A stretch of 64,000 bases of DNA from Balanoglossus misakiensis (lineage: Eukaryota; Animalia; Hemichordata): positions 11,096,286-11,160,285 of the forward strand of contig CM082581.2 in the NCBI GenBank assembly GCA_040954595.2, written 5' to 3'. The position numbers were made by a program, and so were the translations under genes. The notes below the pieces were generated by a model that worked only from the letters and a program-made list of their open reading frames with translations, ran no database searches and had not been told where the DNA came from. Shown here one piece after another: positions 39,401 to 54,400 of this stretch; within the stretch, counting starts at the first letter, position 1; each line of letters starts with the position of its first letter.

Positions 39401-42400
39401 GTGCCGGTGTAAAAATGAATCAATCACAAAATGTTTTTTTAAATAAAATATTGACATTACATGGTTATGTTCCACGTTGCTGTATAATTTTCAGAGATCA
39501 TGGAATACCTTCTGTAATTTTATACCACAGTACATGGTCAATATAGATCCATAGCATGTTGGTAAATGCTACCTCATTGTAATGCACAATTACCATACGA
39601 CAATGTACATAAATGCTGAAATCATCCCCATGATAATTTTCTCCTAATTACTAACAAATTATTTCACTTTATACAGCAATTGTACATGGACAAGCACTGA
39701 TTTGGGTTGGGGTTAGATTTTTTTCCAGCTTATTGCTACTCTGTCCCTTGAGTACATCACCATTTCCAGAGAGAAAATTAATTGATGTGTTTCTTCATGG
39801 ATCCACTATTTCCCAGACATGTTTTTGTAACTCATGTTAAAAATCAGCGTTGTTCTTATACATCATTGAATTGGAAGATGCAGCCACTGTAGACAATTGC
39901 CAATCAATCTCAATTAGCTGTAACACCACACTTTGTGCTCTGAATCAAAACAATGGAATAACGGCAATTTAGAATTCCCCAATCATTCAATTAATTATAC
40001 CACTTAGATATGAGCAAGTTTCTGTGGTGCAACTAAATTGCCTGTACAGATGCAATTTAATGAAGCTGATGAATGCCGACTCTACTCTCCCAGTTTTACA
40101 GCTTGACCCAATTTTATTGATGGATAATGGAGTAAGCAGACACGCAATAAGTATGCTAATTTGCAAAATGTTTGCAGAATAGGAGAGTAATCGATGGAGT
40201 CATTGTGTGTGTACATGTGATCTCATCATATCTTTTGTTAGCCCAGCCTGTCTTTCTGTCTGTCTGTCTAGAAGCTAGGATTTACAAAGGGAAGGTAGCA
40301 TTTCTGAGAAATGTTGAATTTTTTTCTTGCCCCAAGGCTGCAATCTGCATAGTATTCATCACTTCTGCAAAATCCCGTAATACAGTTCTGTGCCACCGAT
40401 ATTGGTACACTATTGTGAAAGAGCGAGTTTGATACAGACAGTAGTGTATTGGTGTATAGGAGCGATGCACATCCAAATGATGTTGTTTCTTTGAGCAAAG
40501 ACATGCTTCTGTTACTAGTAAATAATAATGTCAAATTTGTGTATAAAATTAATAAAATGTCAATAAATTCTTCATATTTTGATGCTGCTTCTTTTGGTCA
40601 GAGCAAAGTTTTTATCATTTGAATGATTGTCTTCTTTACAGGTGGTCAAAGAAAACAAAGACATTAAAAGAAAAAGTCAGGCCATTTTGATGCAAGCTGG
40701 ATTTGATTTGAAACAGTTTGATATATTATTGGATGATGATGGTGAATTGGAAGACAAAGAACCTGGAGAAATGGCACAGCTGAAGAAATCTTTGGATGGT
40801 GAGTAAAAAAAAAAGTTTCTTATCAGTAAAACTTACTCCAATTAATTCACCTTTTTCACACTCAGATAAAATGTCTCATGCTTCAATAAACATGTATGTC
40901 ATTGCCATAAAAAGGACATTGAACTTGGACATCTACTGGGTCAAAAACCTTTCTGATTGACAGTTCCATACAAAGGAATTGCTTGACGTTCTTTCTAGCA
41001 TTGTATAAATCAATCAAATTTTCAACTAGGCTTTTCTGTGTGTAAGACACACACATTTCAAAGTTCCTCGACTGATTGCGTGACAGTAATGAATTCATTT
41101 TCTTCATTATAACTCCAAGGTTACCTGTTTCATGATTAAACATTGCCACTTCATTTCACTAATACATGTTTTAAATGACAGTAAAATAGACTAAAGGCAA
41201 GCACTGAAAGATCAATGCACACATAATATGACACATTGATTGCTTGCTATCTCTGATGAGATTCTAATTGTATGTACACTATCTGCCTTACCATTCTGTT
41301 GCTTTCTATGGCTTTTTATTTGCCTGTTTGACACAATGAATAAGACTAGAGACGGTGTGGTTTGCTCTTTGATAAATTTTCTGGCATGCTCTAATGATGA
41401 AAAATCATTACTTCAATGTGCAACAGAACAAATGTAGAATCACGCATTGCAGGTCGCCTGAGATTTTGGCGGGAAAAACTCCATGACATCAGTATGGGGA
41501 ACAAATAGTGTCCGTCAATAAAGGTAGATGCAATGAATGTCAATGGATCTTAAAGTGATAAAGTCAACACTATTACAGGTATATCTTGTAAATTAGCGCA
41601 GCTAAATCAATTTGGTTTTATCTTACTTCCTTGATCTGTTGATGTGTGTACATAATATCAATCACACCACCATCGTAAATATGGCCTGTGTCAAATAAAA
41701 TAACTTGTAATTTGACTTGGCACTTTGTCTGATGTAGTGTGTAGGGAATGATGACTTGCTAAGTGTTGTGTGATGACCTTCATTCATGCGCTGGCATGGT
41801 TCTGTGTGTCATCAGAGTTTGCACCTATCGTAAGTGTTGAACATTTCCAGGTACCTGGAACTTCGGGTTCAAAGGTCAAGTAGTAGCAGGTGACTCTGGC
41901 TGTCATGTGATGTCGCGTGTTTATGAGCTGAGCAATTGAAGTGAGAGTGTTCTACTTCCGTTTGTTGCGTCAACACATTTTATACATGGATGAATGTGCA
42001 AATCATTTTAATGCAGCGATAATATGTACATCATGTTCCTTGGAGTTACAATATATTAAAACAAATATATGGTTTTCTTGATATAAGACTATTCAAAAGA
42101 TGAAATTGCCATGCCCACACTGAGCTACCAGACAACAAAGCATTATCATCCATAGGTTTCACTGATCACATTTCTCATTCATTAAAATTAAATGAACTAC
42201 ATGTATGTAACAATAATAAAAGTCATAATTTATGGAAAAGCAAAGCAGAGATAGCAACTCAAATATTTTACGTCAGTCGGCAAAAACTCTGGATATTTCT
42301 GATTGTTTACACTAAAAGCTATTACAGTAAAACCTGTCAAAACCGGACTCTGGGGGGACTGAGAAATCTGTCCGGTTTGAACAGTGGTCCGGTTTGGAGG

Positions 42401-45400
42401 GGTGGGCGTGGTCAAAAGTTTTTCGATCCGGCCGTGTTTCACACATCGACCGTATACATACATACGCACGTACGACCACGGGCGTCATGGAACAATAAAG
42501 TGTATGGATAATTTAGCATAGGTCTAAACGAATACACAATAAATATTTTTCCTTTTTTTATGTGAACGAGAACTACACTCACGAACGGCCTAGCTACAGC
42601 TGGACTCGCAAAATATGCGAGCGAACGCACTAGCGCCGCCGAACGCGCCGAACGCGGAAGTGATGGAGCAATCTACAACCGCACGCGCCCGGCCCAGCGC
42701 GCGCGGCAGACGATCGTACGGCTCCGTTGCTAGCCAGGACAGACGCGCTCGTATACATCGCTCTGATTGAATGTGCCTTCATAGCTTTGACCGTCCGAAA
42801 AAAATGACACGGGGGAAACGTTATGTTTGATTAGCCGACAACAGAGCTCATTACTGCGGTGACACTCCACTTGTCAAAAATATGCGACAAACGAGTCGAA
42901 CAATAGAATGCGTTCACGCCTTGCTTGAGTGACAGCTCCACGCCGTTGATTGCTTGTTAAATTGGTCAAAACAAAACTCAAAGACAAAAGACAGTGATTC
43001 ATCATATCTTTAATGTAGCAAAAACAAAGAAACTTGAAAAGATGCCGTCTTCAAACAGTCGTTCCGTCCGGTTTTCGCTCGAAATCCCGTCCGGTTTCCA
43101 CAGTAGACAGTGGCCGGTCTGCAGAGGTTTTTTAACACATGCCGTCTATGGGAGTGGGCAGGGACTGAAAAAATCGTTCGGTATGGACAGTGGTCCGGTT
43201 TTACCAGGGTCCGGTTTTGACAGGTTTTACTGTATTTGTAAATTATATTTAGGTCCAGGTATGACTCATCACTGAAAAGACCTTAATGCATTTCACGTTT
43301 TGTCACCTTATAATGGGAGTGCTGCTTAGCTTTGAGGACTCTGAGAACATATGTTGTAGCTTAGAAGAGTGTTTTGTAACAATGAAGCAATTAAGGCCTG
43401 GCACTCACTGTGAAGTCAGATGGGATGAGTCAAACACTAACACAATCACACTGTCATTCACAAGAAAACGAAAGGGTAGGCAGAGAAGGAGAGCATTTTC
43501 AGAAACTATCGACAATATATCTGATGTTCCCAACTTTCTGTCATTTTTTTTCTGCGTTTGTGACTATTTTGCAAATAGGTTCTAAACACTTTGGCCAACC
43601 TAGAATTAGAAATGAAACATTGATATAAATCATTTACAAGAAGACGTGTCATAGTGAGGTTCTACACACAATAAATTATCTTGAGTGAAAGTTGAACTTT
43701 GAACGGGTGAGGAAGGACATCATCAATAATGGTGAAAAGTTAATTTGCTCATCAATACTGGCATACCACAATGACATTGTTTTATTTTTTCATTTATCTA
43801 TTTATAAAAAAACATCATATCAAAATGGAGAATTAAACTGGATTTAATTCAAACACATTTCATTTCATCTTGCCCACTGCTGCAGATTCAATGAAAGCTG
43901 ATCTGTATTGTCATTCTGGGATTTTACAATTGTGCGAGCAGGGATTAATTTTTATGGAAAGGATATTAACAAGTGCATTAAAAGGACTAAATTCATAAAT
44001 CCTGTGTTCTGATTCCAAGCGATAAGTGCAGAAATGGGAGTATATCTTTATCGCGAAATTACCATGACGATATGTGAAAAGCATGTAAATTGGTCATGAT
44101 GAAGGCAGTTTTCACCCAAAGCAAAAGCGTATGATAATTATCTGTCATAATAACTTAATATGATGTCACATGTCAGACAGGCTGACCAGATTTATGAATC
44201 CTCGTTTTAGATATTTAAATATTAAACATCACTTGCCAATGCAATGATATTAGTGAGTGCAATCAGTTGAGAATAGACTGTGCTAATTCTGCATAGAATG
44301 ATTTCGTAAATTAACCGTGAAGGGAATAAAAGTGGTGTTAACTGCCAGACTGAAATTATCAGCAATCTGCACTAAAATAATCTAATAGCTTCATATAATG
44401 GAACTTAGTCTTCCTATTCTTTGTGATGTTAACTCAGCTAGTGGCTTTTCTCTATTATTGTAGCATTTGCAGTAAATGAGAACTTTTGGACAGGGTATAG
44501 TAAAAAAATCTGATCTGCTAGCATACTATAACACAGTGCAATGTCAATGCCGGCAGAGTGTTGCAAAAATGCCAGAGAAATGCTGGGATTGTGTGAAAAC
44601 GCTGCTTTTGAAGAATACTGGCATGTAGGCTAGGTTCTGTCATATCCATGCAGAAATTGTGATTTGTATGTGTGTATATGTACTCTACATTAAAAATAAT
44701 CCCTTCAGGAGTAACAGGAGTATATAATTGTAAAATATGATCACTGTCATGTACAGCTGTTTAGTGAGTGATCCACTTCCAGAGCACATGGGAATTGATA
44801 CATTTTCCATTCACCTGTGATACAGTGCAGAAAGATAAGATGTAACATGTGTACTAGCTGTGTCAATGGAAGACATTGATGAGATGGAGAAAGTCATCTC
44901 TCGCACAAAGGCATTGACATCATCCACCATGCTTCACTGCATAATACAAAGCCCTTTCTTTCCGCTATCAGAAACTACAGGTTCAACATTTACTGTGTCA
45001 GTTCTCAATTTATCTAACCTGCCTTCTTGTCTGTCATGTGACACGCTGTTCAGAAAAGTGCAAAACTCAGTTGGAAACTAATCAGCTAGCTGCCATGTTT
45101 CCATGGCAATGGTTCATGTTACATAGGTGAAAGAAGATACTATAAAATTGTTGATGAATCAAGAGATACATTTTGTAATTTACTGCTTTGAACTAAAAAG
45201 GGTTAATCAAATGCTAAATGTTAAATTAAAAAAAGCCCAGTTGTTGCTGAGCACAATTTTGTTTACAAAATTTCACAACAGAATGTGAATATTAGGTACA
45301 AATTAATGTTGTGTTGAAGAACCTATTGGTCCATCCCATGTTTCAATCAACTCACAAGTCACAGAGTTTCAACTAAGAAACCTTACAAGACTACATATTA

Positions 45401-48400
45401 TCTGAGTGAAAATAAGTATGGAAATGCTACTGATACAGTTTTCCATGAACATGATTCTGGTGAGGCAAGAAACCTATATTGTTGCATATTTCTGTTGGGT
45501 TACTGAGATAATTTTCACAATGCGTTACTATATCGGTGTGTCTTTGTTTTAATATATTGTATTCATGGTTTTGGTACAGTATTCCCAAGTATACTGCTTC
45601 GATATGTGAATATCATGTCCCACAAGGTCACTTCCTATGTTTCTTTATCAATTCTTGTTGATGAAGTCAGATCTGCTGTATAGTACGTCACTGTTTTTTA
45701 ATTTCTGCAGAACTGAGAGACCAGCTGATACAGAGTGGCCAGGAGTTGAATAAAGTGTCCATGGAGAGAGATGAAGCCTTTGAAATGACAGAAACATGGC
45801 AGAACAAAGTTCGGCAGATGAATACACAGCTTGAGGCAGAGAAGAAGAACCATGCAATGACTAAAGATCTTCTAGAGGAACATGACAGAACTATCGAACA
45901 GTTTTCAAGAGGTATCAGTATATTCTTCATGCTATTGTATCACTCGACCACACGGATGGTTGGTTACTCATGGACCAGATAGACACATTCTGACTCAGAT
46001 ACCTCACAAAAATATATTATAGCATATTAATAATAATAATGATAACCATAAGTTGTTATTATTAAAGCTGCAGGGTTAGTGAGACACATGGTGATATGAG
46101 AATAGGCAAGGTTTATAGCAATAAAATTATTCAAAAATTCACTGTCCCGTTCGAAGAGTGACAAGCCACAAATTTTCCATCTTTGCAGTCAACACACTTG
46201 TGTACCAGGAGTTAGAAGCGCTGAAGGCCAAATATGAAGAAGAAAAACTACTACGAGAAGAAGCAGAGAAGTATGCTGCTCAGGTAATGACTTCACCAAT
46301 AAACTGGTCATGATGGTTGATCAATCAATCCATCAGCAAAAGTTTGCCAACATACAAAACAAAGGTTCATGGATAAACAACACTGTACATTCTTGTTGAT
46401 GTTGATGATGATTGTGATGATGATGATGATGATGATGATTGTGACGATGATGATGATGATGCATCCATGTCAGAGTTAAACATAAGTGTTTATCAGACCA
46501 TGGGGAAACACAAACTAACAAGCTCCTGCTATAAAAAAAAAGGTTCTGTCTCAAGTGACAACCACAGTCAACAGGAAATTCTACCTTCAGGGACAAAAAA
46601 AACAAGCAGGATTTTGGATTCCTGTGAAAGGTTCCAAGGAAATGAAGGGCTTTCACATGTAAACAGGATGCTATTCGACAGATTTAGTATCTCATTTAAA
46701 AATAATATATCCTATCCTGTCGCAAAATTTATTGTAACATGATATTTTTCCTGACTTCTCTTTTAGCCAAGTTGGTTTGTCTAATACTGACACTTTTAAT
46801 AGAATAAAGTCTTAGTGAAAAACAAACTAAATCTGTTTTTAAAAATTCAAATGAATATAACTTGGCTCAGCATGCTAAATTTTCACATGATTCTATACAT
46901 TTTGTATCACAGAGGAGTTGAATGATCTTTATAATACTGTGTATGGTTGAATCAATGTTTCGCTCAGATTTCCAATCAAAACAGTTAAAGTAGATAATAG
47001 CGTTGTTGACTGTAATCCAGGGTGAATAATGCTAAACCATGCTGATTCCTTATGAGCTGTCTCCTGCTTCCCTTGACTTTCCTCTCCCACTTTGTTCTTT
47101 CTTTTTTCCCTCCCTCCTTCCCCTACCTCATACTCACTATCATTCTCTTGTGTTTTTTTTACATCACTACTTTAACAGAGAGAGCAAGAGACTACAGCTA
47201 TGAAACGACAGAGCTCCATTTTGTTGTTATCAGTTGAAAATGAGGACAAATTGAAAGAGGCCCTAGAAGATGTGGAGAGATTGACATCTGAACTGGAAAG
47301 TGCCAAACATGAAAGCAAAGTCAAGGTACTCTTGGATAAAATCAAGACTTGTGACATCCCTGCATTTCAACAAGCCATGTATTTGGAATAATGGTTCTTC
47401 AAATTACATAAAGAGAGAAAATGCCTATTTTTTGACAACAATATCTACTTTGGAAATTGAGCAGCACACTGTAGTTACATGATTATAGAAAAGCAGAACA
47501 AAGGTTATGAATAACTTATTGAATATTAATAGGCAATGATTCCATCCCATGTAGTAATGTTGACACTGGGACGGATTAATCCAACAATGTTTTGTTGTTG
47601 TTGTTGTTATTGTTGTTGTTTCTTTACTAAGATTAAGGAACTAGAAGACCAGCTGGCAGAGTCGGTTGATGTACACAATGTGGAAAGTTTAGAAAATAAA
47701 CTGGAGGTAGCAGCCAAGGAGAACGAATCCTTGGAAGAACAAGTCAAGAAATCAGAAGAGAAGATTAAAGAATATGAGGAGAAAGGTGAGAGATGATGAG
47801 AAGTTGATGAAGTCATTTTGTTGGTTTGAGGGAGGGGGGAGCTAAAGTCCGGGAGATGAATTCTGAGAGGTGTGGATGTACACCTAGACTCATATGCTAA
47901 AACAGACAACTTTTCTTGGCCACGCAAGTAGGAATGGAAAAATCTCTAAAAATGTATACATTTTCAGATATACATTGTAAATGATTTACAGCGCAGTAAT
48001 TGCATGCAATGAAAAAAATGGTAAAAAATTCAGTTTTTCTGTTTATTTTTCTGTAGGGATTAAAATTTCACAAAAATATCTGCCATCACAAATTGATAGT
48101 AGTTGACTTTTCCTTTGTTGTATATACTGCCTATTAGTTTGAAATATAGCATATAAAATATTAGCAATAATTGTGTTTTATGTCTGCCAAAGTTGAAAAC
48201 GCTGTAATTACTGTGGTGCAGACATAATTACATAAATTTTTTATATTTCCGACCAAAGACATGAATTTTCCCTTTGTTTAGGCCTAGAAACTCCATTTCT
48301 GGGGTAACCACAGTTCAGACTTGATCCGTGTTAAGTTCTGTGTGAATTTATTTCCTTCTTTCATGCATGTAACATAAGGAGGACGAATTATTAAACCTGT

Positions 48401-51400
48401 ACACACACACAGACAGACAGGTTTGCATAAATTTATGAATAATCCCCATCCTGCATGTGATTCCATTAGGAATGAGGGAATATAATGTGGGCCATTTTGC
48501 CAGTATTAATATCTGTTAGTATTGTGTCTGACTGAATGGAGTCATTGATGTGTAAGAGCAGCAAGCTGAACCCCACGTGTCCTAATGCATAGACACAACA
48601 AAGAAATGGGTAGGGATCATCTCAAAAGTTTTCATTCAGAAAGAATTTTTATATATAAACCGTTTTATACAAAGTCACGTCATAAAACTGACCATTACTA
48701 TTTTATGTGTTTGTTATAAATAATTAAAGTTTTTTAGTTAGTGAGCGTTAAACTTTACAGCCCGTTTTCACTGTATTGATGAATTAGTGAGAAGAGGTGA
48801 AAATTGTACAAAATCAACACACAGTAAAGTAAAAAAGACCAGCATCTTTTAGAATCATTTGTTTGTTTCTGATTGGCCTTGATGTATAGTTTCATTGAGG
48901 ATGGAGAAAAAGTATTTTTTTTTATTTCTCTCATAACCAACCAACCAACCACACCAATTTATCATGTCTTTGAATGACTACTGAAGTTTAATATTATAAC
49001 TATTGGCCCTATTTATTAATATGTTGTCAATTTTAATATGGCAGTGAGTAACTGTGTAAAAGTATCATCTTGAGATGGTGTATTAGCTTTATGTAAACAT
49101 ATTTTTGCTATTTTAATTTCATTTTTATTGTCTGTTGGAACAAAAGCGATCTTTACATTATCAAATCAGATTGTCTTTCACATATCTGATAAAGACAAGC
49201 AACATGTTGAGATTGCCCCTGCGTAAATCCCCAGAGAAGCAAAAAATAGCTTTCTGGGAAACAGCGTGAGTCATCATTGAAGGATGGGCTAATTTATACC
49301 AAAAAAACTGATTAAAAGCCCAAGCGATGAGTCACTCTCGATTGGCAGCCGAAATCGGCATTCAGTCGGGTGCGCCGCTCACTCACAAAGTCAACAATGA
49401 AGCAATAGTGACACACATAGACAGAGGCTGGCAGACAAATCTATTGTGTTTTAACGCTCATCAGACCAAGAGGGTCAAATAGGGGTGCTATTGTATGGAA
49501 ATAGCTTGTAATGACAGAAAGTGATGGAAAACAACGGTCCCTGTGGTGGGAAGGCACTGCCCTCCAGGGTGCTATTCCCGGAATAAAAATGTGGAGAGTT
49601 ACTGTTTGAATGGTGTCAGACAGTCATCTATACCGGTACATGCAAAATAGATTTGGCAATTGAGGGAGAAAAAAATAACAATTTGCCATTCAGACATGTG
49701 ATCTGATGATGAAGTTCATGTGTTTGATGAGTCATTCTGAAGTCATATTGAAAAATTTGACTGAATATCATTCAAGTTTTACAAGTTCAGATTATTTGCT
49801 GCGGAACAAAGTTTGCAAAGTGTACTCAAAAGTTGTTGTATATATTTCCTTCAATCTGCTTAAAAATCAGTATGAGGGAAACTAAGTATGTCCTGGCTTT
49901 TTGAAGCATGATTAGTCAGTGTTGATTGTTAGATTTGATCAGTTAGATTCAACTTTGAAATGAACAAAAAACCGTATAATAAGATAAAATTTATACATTC
50001 CAAATCAGAGAGAGGGGAAGGCAGGGAGACAGAGTATAAGGAGAGTGTTTGTGTGTTCCACTTATAACACAGGAAGTGTAGCAATTACTGTAAATGATGA
50101 ATTCAAACTTCTCATCTAACGTTCTCAAAACATCAACCTGGAATGAAGTACATTTTCATCTTAAAGCCCCCTAGGCAAGACTCGACTAACAATAGGGTGA
50201 ACCGGGCATTATTTTTGAGAGAAAAAAAGCAATTACCCATAATCCTCAGTGAGTATACATCTGAACAGATGTAGGCTCTTGTGCTATAACATATACATTA
50301 TTTTTAATTAGTGAAGGAAAATAATTACCCAGTTCCTGTCATATTCCCACAATTCAGGGCATACACGGCGCATGCATATCTCTTGCCAGTTTTAATAGAT
50401 TGCCATGCCAGTTGACATTTCCGCATCTGGCCAGTTCCAGTTTTGTGAGAGTGCATTGAAAAATTAACTGGCGTGTGATGCCATAGGTGAAAAATGAAAT
50501 CGGTAATTTGATTGATGTTAAATCACAAAACGGAAACTTGAAATGATCATATTGGCAGAGATTTAAAGGTAGATTAAATATAATGTGAAATTTAGAATTT
50601 TTAATGAATTTATCAGAAAAAAATATGTGAAAAACTCAGACAAATACTATGCAGATGGCACGTTGATGAATATGTTAAAAGTTGGGAATTTTGATTTTCC
50701 AAACCAACAGACATGTTTCTGTGAACGATAAAACTTGTATAACTTCAGCTCATCTAACCTGTCGATATTGTCATTTATAAACCTAAAAGTCTACCGTAGG
50801 GATCGTATTTGTTATTGTTCTTTTGGTTTCTAACAATGGTCAGCAGTCACCCATTGTTGTCTGCAACTCAGCTTCATTCTTTGTCGTCAGTCACTCTCTC
50901 TATACACAGAGAGCGGTCTATTGTTCTGCTGCAAGTGAAAAGCTCCCTCCGACAAACCTACAGAAGTGTCGTATTAATGAGATGTTAGTCAATTAGAGGT
51001 GTATTTCAATGACATATTTTTTGACATTTTTTGTCTGTGTCTGTCCAAAATTTAGCTTTGAATCTGCCAAAATTTACGGTGTGTTATTTTATATACTTCT
51101 TCTGCATGTTATTACACTTGCAGAAGTACATAAGTAATTTTTAGTTTAATAATGATATTGATAGTGCCACCAACATAAAGATTCAGTGAAAATGGTAGAA
51201 ATAATCTTGGAAAATGACTGTTTGGTTAATGTTTTCTACATTGATAAGTCAATATTTGGCAATCTCATCAGGCATGCAGGGGTGCGCGTGGTTATGGTGC
51301 GAAAAATTGAATGAATTTATTTGTTTGGATTGCTAAGGGAAGATAGTTCCTCTGTAGACCTCTAAGTACATACCTCTACACTCTTGGCCATTGAACTCTT

Positions 51401-54400
51401 GTTTGCCAAATGTTGACTTTCATGGTTGCCACAGTTACCACCGTTTCACTTTAATGTTTGCTCACCTTGAAAAAGCCAGCCAACCAAATAATACGGGGTT
51501 CATTTGAAATACCGCCTAATACCCAATCCTACACAATCAAGTTTATATTAAATTTGGCCTGTTTTACATATGTATAGAGCTTCATTTGCAGGTATTGATT
51601 TGAATTATTAATGGAGGAAGCTGGCCAATAGATTTCTAGGAATACACCTTCAGGAGTTTATCGATGAATGAAGTGTTGACTCTCTTCAATTGATGTAAGA
51701 GAAGAGCATTGGGAAGGTTCAATGTCCTTTAAGAAAATGAACCCGCCACGCGTCGATGCCTAGGCATGTTTTTGAACTTGAGGAAGCCGTCATGTGTGAT
51801 GCGTTTCAAATTTTGAACTTGAGTATCAGTGATACAGACTTCCTTGCAAATTGTCGGCAGCTAATGGAGAGTGTTTCCACTTCATGAAAGATGAATTGTT
51901 GCTTTCACATTCTGTAAAGTGTTTTCGAGCATGCCTTGATGCATCTTGAAATGGCAGATTTGACAAGGTCAATGTCGTTAAGTTCACAAAGTACTCTTTG
52001 ACACGGTTTGGAAAAAATGTTGGCAGAGTGGTTGTCTTGCAACGAAACCTCTAAAATCCAGTTTTCGGAATGTCAATACTTGCAGTGACTAGACGGCTTA
52101 GATGACATTGTTATTGTTGATGGTTTAAGACTTAAAATCGCTCGTTAAATATAATGAAGCTGCAATGTCCGTGTAATTAACTCTCATATTGGATAATTAT
52201 ACTGATATTGCTTCACTGGTAATGTATGTTAAATGCTGGCATTTCTGATATTATTTTTAATGACTCATATGGATTTGAAATGTTAGATGGGACAAAGGGG
52301 ACTATTTGAGAGCATGTGACTGCATGTGGTTGTTGCGAGAATGTTGACTATATACCTGCCCTTACTTTTACCAGTGTTGTACGGAATATGACAAGACAAG
52401 TGTGAGAATGTGAGATAAAAGGACACTTGAAACAATGAAAAGAGTCTTGAATGCGTACATGTTTTACTGACCAAACTGATACTTGCTCATCCAAGTCCAG
52501 CTAGGGAAACTTTCATGTTGTTGTCAGTGATTAAGCCATTAACAGTAACTAAACTGGCTCCTCAACAAACTGAAAAAGTGTGAATGTATTGATTTCCCCC
52601 AAAGGAAACACTACGGGAAGTTTAACAGTAACCAGGCCAATACTTTGTCTTCAGACATTTATAATTGACAATATTTTAAAGACTACAAAATCTATACAGT
52701 TTATGTACAACAATTCAAAAAGACCAACTACAGAGAAGTATTACACAAAGTTCAATCTGATACCTGTGAGAAAAGTCAGCTATCAGAAAAAAATTGCTTT
52801 TTGCGTATTAGTAAATTTGGGGGCATAACTTTAAGTTCATGGTCTTTCTGATTACCATGGCAATGGCCAATTTTAATTGGCTCTCTTTCTGTTAGTCTGG
52901 TGCAGTAATTTGATTTTCAAGCATGTTTAAGATGAAGCATACATGATCATTAGTTTTATAGCAGTTGGCCTGATTTGATGGTGATGTGAAATCTGATACA
53001 AAGAGGCTAGTCCGTTTAGCAAGTCTGATTATTCTGAAATGCTAATGCTTTTCAATTCTATTATATTATCTGGATCCTGAGTTGAAGTAATTTGTTTTTT
53101 TCCCATAGTGCATTTCAAGATGAGAATGGCAAACTGGAATTGACTAGATAAATTTCAACCGTGATTCATTCATTGTTTTCATAATTTCTGCATCATTCTT
53201 TTCCCATACCAAGAGAAAATATCACAGAAATGTATGGAATGTTCATTAGGAAAAATGAAAAATTGAATGCTTTTAACATCATGATAGTTAAAGAAAAAAA
53301 AAATGTTTTGATAGCTCCAGTTTGCACAATTTAGCTTCTGATGTGATGGGTTTATGAAATGTGACAATTACAGAAGACAGAATGACAATTTTAAGATAAA
53401 CAATCATGCTATGGAAAGATTGGCTGTCAATATGCGTGTTTGTTGCAAAAAAAATTTACAATTATTTCGGATAAATAAATTGATGGGAGTGACTTAAGTT
53501 ATTGGAAACAATGTTATGCACTCACCATTATGTTTACAAGCAGACACCTCAAAACTAGGTTATACAAGATATGGGCTTGCAACTGATTGAAATTTGTAAG
53601 ATTTTATTACATTGTTTGATGCCCCAGTTTGTAGACAGTCAGATTTGATTTGCATATTGCTATTGGTAGACAGTCAAATCCGGTTTTAATCCAAACGCAA
53701 TATTTTTGTGACACCAGCAGGTGAATTATGGTTTGCATGATTCATTCTCAATCTGTATGACATCATTACAACGAAAGTTCAGACTCCGTGGAATACTGAT
53801 TTTCTTTCCACAAACAATTGCCTCATTTATATTCCATGCACGTAAAAAGCCTTGGCACTGTGCCAAGTCGGTGTATGATTTTCTGTAATAATTGAAGCTA
53901 TACTCACTTTTACGGGCTTACCAGACATTTATCTCAATTTTGATTTTCGAATATTAAAGAAGTAGTGATACTTCCCACAAAATATATTCCAGCATGTATG
54001 TTAATAGATGGGCTAGCTTTTTCTCTAAGATTGCAATTTTTTTAAAACAGAAGTGGAAGTTGCTGTAATTTGTTGCAAAAAAACAAACAAACGTGTATTT
54101 TGAGTGCGTAATAGAGGTAGCTCTGTCTCCATTGATGGGAAAATCTCCCTCGTTGAACAATGATAGCCAACATTACAATAATTATAAAGTGTATGTGCAG
54201 AGAATGGCCAGGACAATGCATGGCTAGTGAATATTTCATACTGTGAGATGTGCATATGGGAGTGTTCTATTAATATTTGTAATGAGCTGTACAACAAAGG
54301 AACGACTCTCTGTTTTCCCATCAGCCCCCAAATACAGCTGTGAATGGAAGTTTAAAATGAAATGAACAATTTAATATCATGGCTATTATAGACAAAATTT

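Noticed and set aside
46333-46656. Poly-histidine ORF on the minus strand
   Set aside because: Translation of an intronic (GAT)n microsatellite.
53850-53867. Palindrome CTTGGCACTGTGCCAAG beginning with a miR-96/182-like seed
   Set aside because: Only 17 bp, with no extended precursor stem and no match to the rest of a mature miRNA.
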